Assembly: GCA_002269645.1 (NCBI GenBank)
Contig: NIVC01000513.1
Span: 248,001 to 312,000 of the forward strand
From: Macrostomum lignano
Taxonomy: Eukaryota
DNA: 64,000 nt
Direction of reading: 5' to 3'
Shown: piece by piece, positions 1 to 11,200 of the stretch
Layout: the number at the start of each line of letters is the position of its first letter
How positions within the stretch are numbered: position 1 is the first letter of the stretch
Notes under the pieces: model-generated
The model's database searches: none
What the model saw: the letters and a program-made list of their open reading frames with translations, nothing else
Told to the model about the DNA's origin: nothing
Position numbers and translations under genes: made by a program

Positions 1-199
1 GCGAAGCGAAGCGAAAATTTGGCCATTAACTTGAATTCGTGCTTCATATTAGCTGCATTGATTGAATTGTCTATGGGTGAAAAGGCGGGAAAGAAAATAT
101 CGATGCGTACACTTCATGTCAATGGACAGTACCGCAGATAACATTGGTGAATCAGTTGTCTATGGCCGAAATTGGAGGCCATAGACATCGAAATTGGAG

Positions 200-1082
200 A
201 CTGGCCGTGATATGCAAAAGCTTGCATGCTACTTTGAGGGAGGTACGGCAGTGGCAGAGCAGGACAAATTTATTTCTGTTTTATGTCCTTTATTACTTGG
301 GCGAAAGAGGCCAAAGAGCACCTGCAGCATCTGACACGACGAGCTGCATTGGAGCTGCACATCGACTCTGATGGTAAGGAGTTCTACTGTCTGCCGCCTC
401 TTCCGTCTAAGAATAAGTCCGCGGATCCAGTGAGAAGTAAAGCACAACCCGACAACCAGCCGGCAAGGATTTACGATATTGAAAAGGTACGACGGTATCT
501 AGACCTTCTACCAGTTGAAACCAAGGATAACCATCTAGTTCCACAGCCACTGGCAAACTCTGCGAACGGAAGTCCTACGTATTCAACGAAGCAGAATCGC
601 GGTGTCAACTATCTTGTTCGATTCATGCATAACTTGAGCGAGACGGCTGGGCTATCGAAGATGCATTCCAACCATTGCATCAGGTAGTACGACTAATTTT
701 TTTGATCTCGAAAATAACAGATCTTAGATCTTTAATTTATCTGCGAGAAAACATTGTAAACTACATGCATTAGTAATGTAATCATCATTGATCATATTTT
801 CTTAGGGTCACCAGGATTACGGATCTAGAGGCCGCGGGACATAGCATGGCCGACATTATGTCCATCACCGGCCAGACATCTGAACGAACGGCACGCAGGT
901 ACCTTACAAAACGTCAGGACCGATCTCTGCAAGCGAGCAGCTCTGCTGTGACGTCGGCATTGGCACTGCAAACTAAAGAAGAAGAAGTTAAAGGTGACCA
1001 GGCCGGACACGTAGGACCAAGCGATTCTGGGGCCAGTGAGCTGGATATTAATGTGGTGTCAAATTGGAAGCCCAATTGTTGA
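200..1082 (+). pseudogene. Crypton-type (DUF3504-like) tyrosine recombinase, frameshifted, with an intron at 684-805
   Basis: Spliced reading ...RGVNYLVRFMHNLSETAGLSKMHSNHCIR|VTRITDLEAAGHSMADIMSITGQTSERTARRY contains HxxR and the catalytic-Tyr box; frameshifts near 275-315. Confidence 0.75.
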
Positions 1083-1164
1083 AGTTTCCTGAATTTGAAA
1101 GTCAATATTAAATACCTTTTGTTTCTTGCGTTGCGTCTGCATGTTGCGAGACAGTTACGAGTTG

Positions 1165-1310
1165 TTATTTTGGATAATCGGGATCCCGGGATTTTCCTAC
1201 AGTTTTAAGCGGATTTTTCGGGATTTATAATCCCGGGATTTCAGAGCCACGCGATTTCGGGATTTTTTAAACCAGGGATTGTCAATTGTCAGGGAGTTTG
1301 GAATCCCTAA
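1165..1310. repeat. MITE-like fragment with repeated CGGGAT/ATCCCG motifs
   Basis: Several cgggat and atcccgggat motifs ending in ggaatcccta. Confidence 0.4.
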
Positions 1311-1384
1311 GAGAGAGAGAGAGAGAATAGGCACGGAACCGCTCACAGCACTCTTACATGTAGCTGACGCTCCACCCCATTGCC

Positions 1385-1785
1385 AGCTATAGCTGCAAGT
1401 TCAAGTTGGGTTTGTGCATTCTGATCATATTATACAAAGCTTCAATAATCTTAAGCTTATGGTCAAATTTGCACCCATCCAGCACTTTAAAGAGCTGAAT
1501 CGGTTCACCGTCACAACATTTTTTTACAAACAAGCAGATGGTCATTAATCGCAGAGCTTTTTAGCCAATGTTCCCTTGCTCTAGTGTGCAGGTGTCGCTT
1601 CGTTTTTCCAATGTAGGAAACGCTCTGATCCTCAGAGCAGCGAAATTGGTAAACAGCACCACCCCTTAGAGCAGGTGGAACAGCTGACTTAAGCCTGCTA
1701 GCATAGCGACCAATCTTTACGGTGCGAAACACAATCCTAACGGTGCATTTAAGCCATTTGCTAATTTGCTAAACGTTTTCCCAAA
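1385..1785 (-). mobile_element. Penelope-like retroelement 3' fragment (GIY-YIG endonuclease)
   Basis: AVYQFRC...YIGKTKRHLHTRAREH, then in a shifted frame FKVLD...LKIIEALY...KPNLNLQ. Confidence 0.85.
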
Positions 1786-1948
1786 AAAGCAAAACTAACG
1801 AGAACAATAATAGATGCCATCAAAGAACTTCTTGCTGTACGATTTAACTATAAATGAGTTTATAGAAATTGAAATGAAAAACTAATAAAAATAAATTCAT
1901 GTCAGAGTTTGGTTCATCAGTTGTTTTTAGTCTTTTTGGTGCCACGAT

Positions 1949-2407
1949 TTAGCCGGGGACGGTCGCTTTCTCTGCTCGCTTGAAGAACCAGTTGACTGTT
2001 GCTTTTTCTTGCGGATTACCGGTAGATATTTCCTTAAAATTTTTTTCAATTTTTCTTGGCGTCCCTGATAAGTTTAGAAAACGTTTGTGCTTCTTGAGCG
2101 TCGGTCCGCGTTCGTGTGAGCGTTCATACACCTGCATGCACACGTAGGGGCTGCAGTCGTTCATTTCTATGGGTCTCAAAATCATTCTGTATTTTCTGTT
2201 GAGATTTACATGAACGAAGTTCTGATTCTCATAGTGAACGAGACACATGTGCAGCGTGTTTTTTACATAATTTATTATTTTAGCAAAGCCAGCACTTTGC
2301 TCCAGCTGTATAATATATTCCGCTATATTTTTTATAGTAGATTTCAAATTTCTGTTTCTCTCGACTTCCGGCATTGGCCACTGGTTTTCCAGGAATCCAC
2401 AACGCAT
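1949..2407 (-). CDS. Uncharacterised nested-family protein, copy 1 (152 aa; C-terminal tail frameshifted relative to copy 3)
   Basis: Same upstream atgagtctgactca...cag|gtgcgacacc leader; YRMILRPIEMNDCSPYVCMQVYERSHE core. Confidence 0.75.
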   Translation of the reverse strand: MRCGFLENQWPMPEVERNRNLKSTIKNIAEYIIQLEQSAGFAKIINYVKNTLHMCLVHYENQNFVHVNLNRKYRMILRPIEMNDCSPYVCMQVYERSHERGPTLKKHKRFLNLSGTPRKIEKNFKEISTGNPQEKATVNWFFKRAEKATVPG

Positions 2408-2574
2408 TTCTTTGAATCGGTGTCGCACCTGTCAGTGAATAGCAATTAGGTAGGACTGAGTCAGACTCATGGTTAATAGCACAGAATAGCAGTGGCTTAG
2501 CCAAGGGGGGCCGCCCCCCTCTAATCGCCTGGGAGTGGGGTTGGGCGCGGCGGGTACCCAAAACCATGAGGCAA

Positions 2575-3560
2575 TTGAGTGCCTGCGGCGCTAAAATGAG
2601 TGCCTGCGGCGCTTAAATGAGTGCCTGTGACGCTAAAATGAGTGCCTGCGGTGCTAAAATGAGTGCCTGCGGCGCTAAAATGAGTGCCTGCGGCGCTAAA
2701 ATGAGTGCCTGCGGCGCTTAAATGAGTGCCTGCGGCGCTAAAATGAGTGGCTGTGACGCTAAAATGAGTGCCTGTGGCGCTAAAATGAGTGCCTGCGGCG
2801 CTAAAATGAGTGCCTGTGACGCTAAAATGAGTGCCTGCGGCGCTAAAATGAGTGCCTGCGGCGCTAAAATGTGTGCCTGAAGTGCTAAAATGAGTGCCTG
2901 CGACGCTAAAATGAGTGCCCGCGGCGCTAAAATGAGTGCCTGCGGCGCTAAAATGAGTGCCTGCGGCGCTAAAATGAGTGCCTGTGACGCTAAAATGAGT
3001 GCCTGTGGCGCTAAAATGAGTGCCTGCGGCGCTAAAATGAATGCCTGCGGCGCTAAAATGAATGCCTGCGGCGCTAAAATGAGTGCCTGTGACGCTAAAA
3101 TGAGTGCCTGTGGCGCTAAAATGAGTGCCTGCTAAAATGAGTGCCTGCGGCGCTAAAATGAATGCCTGCTAAAATGAGTGCCTGCGGCGCTAAAATGAAT
3201 GCCTGCTAAAATGAGTGCCTGCGGCGCTAAAATGAATGCCTGCTAAAATGAGTGCCTGCGGCGCTAAAATGAGTGCCTGTGACGCTAAAATGAGTGCCTG
3301 TGGTGCTAAAATGAGTGCCTGTGACGCTAAAATGAGTGCCTGCGGTGCTAAAATGAGTGCCTGTGACGCTAAAATGAGTGCCTGCGGCGCTAAAATGAGT
3401 GCCTGCGGTGCTAAAATGAGTGCCTGTGACGCTAAAATGAGTGCCTGCGGCGCTAAAATGAGTGCCTGCGGCGCCAAAAAGAGTGCCTGCGGCGCTAAAA
3501 TGAGTGCCTGTGGCGCTAAAATGAGTGCCTGTGGCGCTAAAATGAGTGCCTGCGTCGCCA
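2575..3560. repeat. 21-bp minisatellite GCCTGCGGCGCTAAAATGAGT
   Basis: Direct tandem units. Confidence 0.95.
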
Positions 3561-5059
3561 AAAGTGACAATTGCATGAGGCTTGGCCAGCCAAGCCAACC
3601 TGCCCGCCCCCCAATCGAAATTCCTGGCCAGCAATCAGCGCCCCCCGTACAGAAGTTTTTGTATAGTGGACCCGGGTCGGTTCGGGTGCCCAGCCCAAGT
3701 ACCCTAAGGCTGTACCAGCAGGCGTTGTGATGCTCTGCCAATGCGGTATTACTGCTGACAGGCGCTAAGATGCTCTGAGTACCAAGTTGCTCCCAGAGGT
3801 GTTGCGACACTCTCTTGTGCTTATTCAGTGGTACAGTATAAGTATAAGTAAAGTTTGGTATATGCTCTTCCAGCGTTATGACGCTCTGGCAAGAATTCAC
3901 TGTAGCCAACTTACAAGCCTCCCCAGGAAGCAGGCGGCTTACCAGTGGCCTAGTTACCGGACGCGCGTTTATTGGACTTCTTATTTGATTTTGCTCGCTG
4001 GTCTGCAGAGAGGTGCTTAACTGGCTTTGGCTTCTCTGGCTTCAACAGGTGATGTCTATTTACTGTAAGTCTATCTTCTGCTTTTAACTTTAACTGAAAC
4101 TGACTTGGAGAGTTACTCCAGACCGCTGTCACACAAGAAAGCGGACGCGAGGAGAATAATAGTGAAGCAAGAAGGCGCAGTGCGAGAAAGGGCGCAACAT
4201 AATCGATACCAGCACAGGCCTGGGGGGGGGGCAGACGACCCCACCGGATAAGCTAATCAAAACACCGCCTGGGGAAGAGGGTGCAGCACCCGGGGAGGCA
4301 CCCTGACCAACTCAGAGCACAGAGAGGCACTCACAAAGGCCCAGACCTTGCCCCATGCACTGCAGCATCCAGCCTACCAAAACAGGCAAGGGCACATGCA
4401 CTAAATTTGAATAAGCAAAGGGAGAATCAGAGCTAAGCCCTAAGATTACAGGCCGATGGTTTTTGCTTTGAACATAATTTTTCTAAGGATTACTAACAAT
4501 AGTGACTGTACAGTGCACTTCAGGGCCAGATCCGGCCCCAAAGGCTCTTGATGATCTGGCATTGCATCCGGTCCCTAACTCTTTCCCTCTCGCTCTCACC
4601 TTTCTCATCCCTCTCCTGTGTTGGGCTGCATGCAGGTCTGAATGCTTCCAGAGGAGGGAAGAGGCACGCCCTCCGTTGAGTTTGATTTCTTATTTTTTAT
4701 ATGAAAAATACACATTATCATGCACATATGCATAAACATGTACCTTAGTAGTCTGCGCAACGCCTTTAAAATTTTCTGGATACTGCATATCTTCATTTGA
4801 TATGCAGTTACTATCAAAACGTTTTGATCTTTTAAATCTCTTTATTAAGATTTACATGTACTAAGCATTGGGAAGGCAATGCAGACAAAATCTGCCGCGT
4901 GGCCAGGTCAAAAGCTACATGCAGTTTATTAAAAAAAACAAGCTATTAAAACCCGCTCAATTCCAATCCCTTGAACTGTTCCTGAATACATCCACATACT
5001 AAAAATGAGTTTAACTCTGACCTCTGACCTCTGGCCTCTACCCCTCTCCGTCCCTCTGG

Positions 5060-5560
5060 TCCTTCGAAACTTCTCTTTGATCTCTCCACTCTCTCTCTTC
5101 TCTCTCTCTTCTCTACTATTTTATCTCTCCCCCTCTCTTCTATCTCATCTCTCCTCTCCTCTCTACTTTTTACTCTCTCATCTCTCTAGGTGTGTCCTCT
5201 CCTCGCTCCTCGCTGCTCTTTTATCATCTCCTCTCTCTGCTCTCTTCTTTCTACGCTCATCTCATCTCTACTCTCTCATCCTTCGATCCTTTCATCTCTA
5301 CTCGCTTATCTCTCTTTTCTCCTCTCTTCTCTCTCTACTTTTCTCTATTCTCTATTATCTCTCCTCTCTTCCATAAGTAAAATTTTTTATTCAGTCCTTA
5401 AAAGTAAAAACTTGCCTACTTTCTGCTAAATAAAAGAAGAGGACAGTGGATTGAGGAGAGAGAGGAGAGAAAGAGGGAAATAGGAGAGGGGATGGGAGAG
5501 AGTGGAGAGCGGAGAGAGGAGAGACAAGAGAAGAGCGGAGAGAAGAGAGGAGACAGCTTA
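5060..5560. repeat. CT-rich tract followed by a GA-rich tract; part of a dispersed family also seen inverted at 47800-48120
   Basis: ctctgacctc...ggtccttcgaaac and aattccaatccct.gaactgtt match the reverse complement of 47850-48110. Confidence 0.7.
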
Positions 5561-6967
5561 AGACATCAACCTTGCTACTGTGAAGTTTTAAAGAACTCGA
5601 GGGCTGGATGGAGAGGCTTTGCTGGCCGGAGTTTAACGAGAGGCAAAAACTCAGCAGGAAACTGTTGGTGCTGCTGATGTCAATGAACTGGTCTGTGCAT
5701 GAAGGCTTCACAGACCAATAAGTATAACTAGACTGCGCATGTGGGCAAGAAATGTGTGCCTCTTGTTCAAAACATTTTTGATTTTTCAAGGCAAAGAGTA
5801 AGCAAGGGGCACGAAAAGCTGTTGACATCTCGGAGCTTTGGAAAAGCCTGGAAGGACTCCGTCATCCGGCTACAGCGGAGAGCAGTCAACAGCGCAGCAA
5901 AAGCTGCCATGATTTCCTCTTCTTTTCCTCGGCAAACAATCTAGATTCAGATTGTTTTTTCATTCAATTTTGATCAATTTATAGTTTAATAACTTTGCTG
6001 AGCTGTTTGAAGTGAGCATAGCATTGCTATTTTGATCCCCAAGCCACATTAATATACATGTCAATTTAAAAAAGGGCAGACACCTGAAGAAGGGCCAGTC
6101 AGCCAGTCTTCCCGACCCCTGATATCGATCGTTTTGGGCTGGGGTAGAGAGGACCATTTTTTTGCACCTGTGTTGCCTGTTCCCTCTGTGCTCCTGCAGC
6201 ATCGATTGCTGATAGAACAGTCGGGCAGCCGAAACAGTTTGGTTGAGAAATTCTAACCAAGCCTCTTCATTGCATGGAGCGCAAATAACGTCGGAGTTAT
6301 TCGAAGCTATGTACACTGGCTTACCCCCTGTTCAGGGAATGAGTGTCGTGAGTGAGCGGCCCAACACCAGAAAAAGCAGACAAACTTCACATGCTTATAG
6401 TCAGGGGCGGATTTAAGGGAAGCTCGCCAGCTGCGTTACACCAGATTTTAGAATAAAATTTCTTTAAAACATCGCTCAAATAGTTCGAATGTCAAGTGGC
6501 CGACTCTAGCTCTCTGCATTACACTCATTGGCTCCGCCTGGGGGGGGACTTGGGAGGTCTAACCAATGTCCCGGTTCGCGGACATGGATTGCGCAGAAAT
6601 TTGCATAATATCACATTGAAAGCGAAGACCAGAAACATGCGATAAAAGAAAACTTCACTATATGAATTACAGCTCGATCGTTGGCAGGTGTGGCAGACAG
6701 ACTCATTGTGGAGCCTTTGGCAATGTTCGATTAAGCAGAGCCTGCGACTTGCTGGGTTGTCAAGATTTGCTAAACTATGAGATTGGTTATTCGTTTCCAA
6801 TGGGAAAGCTTGCACGGCAGTAGATAATTATTGTTCTCACTTGCATCTAAGGACAAATTTCAATCAGATTCAACTAAATGCCCCTAATCACATCTAGCCA
6901 ACATAAACACATCTAGACAAATTGGACACATCTAGGTACACCTGGACACAGCTAGACACAGCCAGCT

Positions 6968-7640
6968 TGAGAAGAATCTCAAGAAGAATTCCAGACAAGA
7001 ATCTCCAGAATTCCAGAGAAGAATCTCCAGGAGAATTCCAGAGAAGAATCTCCAGGAGAATTCCAGAGAAGAATCTCAAGAAGAATTCCAGACAAGAATC
7101 TCCAGAATTCCAGAGAAGAATCTCCAGGAGAATTCCAGAGGGGAATCTCAAGAAGAATTCCAGAGGGGAATCTCAAGAAGAATTCCAGAGGGGAATCTCA
7201 AGAAGAATTCCAGAGGGGAATCTCAAGAAGAATTCCAGAGGGGAATCTCAAGAAGAATTCCAGAGAAGAATCTCAAGGAGAATTCCAGAGGGGAATCTCA
7301 AGAAGAATTCCAGAGAAGAATCTCAAGGAGAATTCCAGAGAAGAATCTCAAGGAGAATTCCAGAGAAGAATCTCAAGAAGAATTCCAGAGAAGAATCTCA
7401 AGGAGAATTCCAGAGAAGAATCTCAAGGAGAATTCCAGAGAAGAATCTCAAGGAGAATTCCAGAGGGGAATCTCAAAAAGAATTCCAGAGGGGAATCTCA
7501 AGAAGAATTCCAGAGAAGAATCTCAAGGAGAATTCCAGAGAAGAATCTCAAGAAGAATTCCACAGAAGAATCTCCAGGAGAATTCCAGAGGGGAATCTCC
7601 AGGAGAATTCCAGAGGGGAATCTCAAGAATCTCAGGAATC
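6968..7640. repeat. 25-bp minisatellite GAATTCCAGAGGGGAATCTCAAGAA
   Basis: Paralogous to the 22-bp array at 27108. Confidence 0.95.
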
Positions 7641-8221
7641 TGAAGACAGTTAAAATTGAGCACCAACAAGGAAATGCCAATTAACTATTTTGAGACAATA
7701 ACACACGAGCGTGCTGCACAGAAGTGCAGGAAAAAACTGCAAAATCGAAAGTCAAATTCAAAAAGCCAATAAGAAAGTTAAACTCCATTTATTGAATTAA
7801 TTATTTGTAAATATATTTTCTCTGGAACGTTCGAAAAAAACGTAACCAAGCGTGTTCAGTATTGCATAGAGGCAGGTTGTAAGCGAGATTATAAAATATG
7901 CAATTTTAGGATTCGATTAAACAAATAACAAAAGAGCAATTTTCGAATTTTTGATTTATTAAATTTGGGTTATTATTATGCGATAGACAAAACGAATAAC
8001 GGTCGAATGAAAAAGGCTATTGCTAAATAAATTCTATGTAGCTACGAATATTCAACCATTATTGCCTATATGGTATGTGGTAATACTATTGAATATATCT
8101 CCTGAACAGAGATTAATAAATATTTATAAATATAAATATAAATCGTAACAATAAATCTGTCAGTTTCGCGAGTTGGACTGTGACAAAAAGTTTCAGAATG
8201 TCAAGCTTAACTGACCACAGT

Positions 8222-8254
8222 TCAAACTCCCATCACTTTGCGAGCGGCGAGGCC
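8222..8254 (-). CDS. Ferlin terminal coding exon ([10 protein letters not shown]), distal copy
   Basis: cag|GGCCTCGCC...GTTTGA; AATAAA on the minus strand at 7788-7793. Confidence 0.83.
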   Translation of the reverse strand, partial: GLAARKVMGV

Positions 8255-11200
8255 CTGCAATTTTATAAAAATAATTTTTCATAAATTTAAACAATAATGC
8301 TCTACTCTTACTCTTAGTAGCTGAAGTCTAGAAAACAAAATATAATAAACTAGAAGCAGTTTAAGCTTATGGAAATTCAGATTCCAGAATTTCCTGACAC
8401 TAAACTTGGCGCTTTCCTGAAACTAAATTTGATGCTTTTCCTGGCACTAAATTTGATACTTTTCCTGACACTAAACTTGACACTTTTCCTGGCACTAAAC
8501 TTGACGCTTTTTCTGACACTAAACTTGACACTTTTCCTGACACTAAATTTGACACTATTCCTGACACTAAATTTGACGCTTTTCCTGACACTAAACTTGA
8601 CACTTTTCCTGACACTAAATTTGACGCTTTTCCTGACACTAAATTTGACGCTTTTCCTGACACTAAACTTGACGCTTTTCCTGACACTAAACTTGACGCT
8701 TTTCCTGACACTAAATTTGACACCTTTCTGGCACTTGACACCAACTGACACTCTATTTCGGCAATTTGTGACACGGTTCACGACTGCCTAGAGCTCAATA
8801 TGCTACTATCTGACACTCAATATGCTACTATCTGACACTCAATATGCTACTATCTGACACTCAATATGCTACTATCTGACACTCAATATGCTACTATCTG
8901 ACACTCAATATGCTACTATCTGACACTCAATATGCTACTATCTGACACTCAATATGCTACTATCTGACACTCAATATGCTACTATCTGACACTCAATATG
9001 CTACTATCTAACACTCAATATGCTACTATCTGACACTCAATATGCTACTATCTGACACTCAATATGCTACTATCTGACACTCAATATGCTACTATCTGAC
9101 ACTCAATATGCTACTATCTGACACTCAATATACTACTATCTGACACTCAATATGCTACTATCTGACACTCAATATGCTACTATCTGACACTCAATATGCT
9201 ACTATCTGACACTCAATATGCTACTATCTGACACTCAATATGCTACTATCTGACACTCAATATGCTACTATCTGACACTCAATATGCTACTATCTGACAC
9301 TCAATATGCTACTATCTGACACTCAATATGCTACTATCTGACACTCAATATGCTACTATCTGACACTCAATATGCTACTATCTGACACTCAATATGCTAC
9401 TATCTGACACTCAATATGCTACTATCTAACACTCAATATGCTACTATCTGACACTCAATATGCTACTATCTGACACTCAATATACTACTATCTGACACTC
9501 AATATGCTACTATCTGACACTCAATATGCTACTATCTGACACTCAATATGCTACTATCTGACACTCAATATGCTACTATCTGACACTCAATATGCTACTA
9601 TCTGACACTCAATATGCTACTATCTGACACTCAATATGCTACTATCTGACACTCAATATGCTACTATCTGACACTCAATATGCTACTATCTGACACTCAA
9701 TATGCTACTATCTGACACTCAATATGCTACTATCTGACACTCAATATGCTACTATCTGACACTCAATATGCTACTATCTGACACTCAATATGCTACTATC
9801 TGACACTCAATATGCTACTATCTGACACTCAATATGCTACTATCTGACACTCAATCTGCTACTATCTGACACTCAATATGCTACTATCTGACACCCAATA
9901 TGCTACTATCTGACACTCGATATGCTACTATCTGACACTCAATATGCTACTATCTGACACTCAATATGCTACTATCTGACACTCAATCTGCTACTATCTG
10001 ACACTCAATATGCTACTATCTGACACCCAATATGCTACTATCTGACACTCGATATGCTACTATCTGACACTCAATATGCTACTATCTGACACTCAATATG
10101 CTACTATCTGACACTCAATATGCTACTATCTGACACTCAATATGCTACTATCTGACACTCAATATACTACTATCTGACACTCAATATGCTACTATCTGAC
10201 ACTCATGCGGCTTGAACTCACAGGCACAGCATAGATGAACATGGCCAGCAACAAGCCGAAAATGACCACCAGAAAGGCGCCGAGGATGTACCACTTGTAG
10301 TTCTTCCAAACGATGTGCTTGAAGGTCTTCCACGGAGACGTGAACCACAGGAAGGAGGTCTCCGGGCGCCTGGGTGAGGTGAAGGGTTTGCTGTGCAGAA
10401 ATACTGCCACGTGTGGAAGGTATGGGAAGGGATTGGGGAGATTTGAGAGACTTGAGGGATTGGGGAGATTTGAGAGACTCGAGGGATTGGGGAGATTTGA
10501 GAGATTTGAGGTATTGGGGAAATTTGAGATAGATTTGCGAATATTTAGGGAGAAACTACTTATTAGCATTGAGTCAGTAGTGCAAATGCGGCATGAATAC
10601 AGCAAGACAAAAAGACCCGCAGCTCACTTGGGCGGCTCCAGATGCGGGTTCTCGTTGGGCTCGTCTTGGCCGAAACCGGCGGGACGAAGCTGCGCCTCTT
10701 CGACCGTCAGCAGCTCCAGCTCCATCTCCACCTTGCCCTGCCGATGCGGGATTTCAGTATTGAGGTGTCGGGACCAACCAGCCTCTCAGCAAGGCTGCCC
10801 GATCTTCAACTTCTTCTTATTCAAATCGAACCTATCTTACTCCACCCAATCCAAACCCTACTTCTACCCAATCTCAACCCTACTTCTCACCCAATCTCAA
10901 CCTTACTTCTCACCCAATCTCAACCCTACTTCTCACCCAATCTCAATCCTACTTCTCACCCAATCTCAACCCTACGTTTCGACCTCTCCATTCCCACAGC
11001 TTCATGGATCTCACAGTGAGTCTCTCGCCATCGGGCTTCTCATCGTTGATACAGGGCCAGTAGCCGTAGGCGCGCTTGCAGTCGAACAGGTTGATCATCT
11101 TGACGCTCTTGCCGTAGGCGGGCAGCTGCTCAACTCCGCACTGTCGCGACTTCTTCTTCGGCGCCGGCATGCTGGACAAGTTGAGCTCCAAGGTGCCAAG

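Noticed and set aside
3726-4133. Possible reverse solo LTR (TGTGA...TCACA)
   Set aside because: Flanks (ggcgt / caaga) give no target-site duplication, so support is insufficient.
5391-6316. Minus-strand ORFs of 118-145 aa
   Set aside because: No recognisable domain; probably transposon debris within the third unit.
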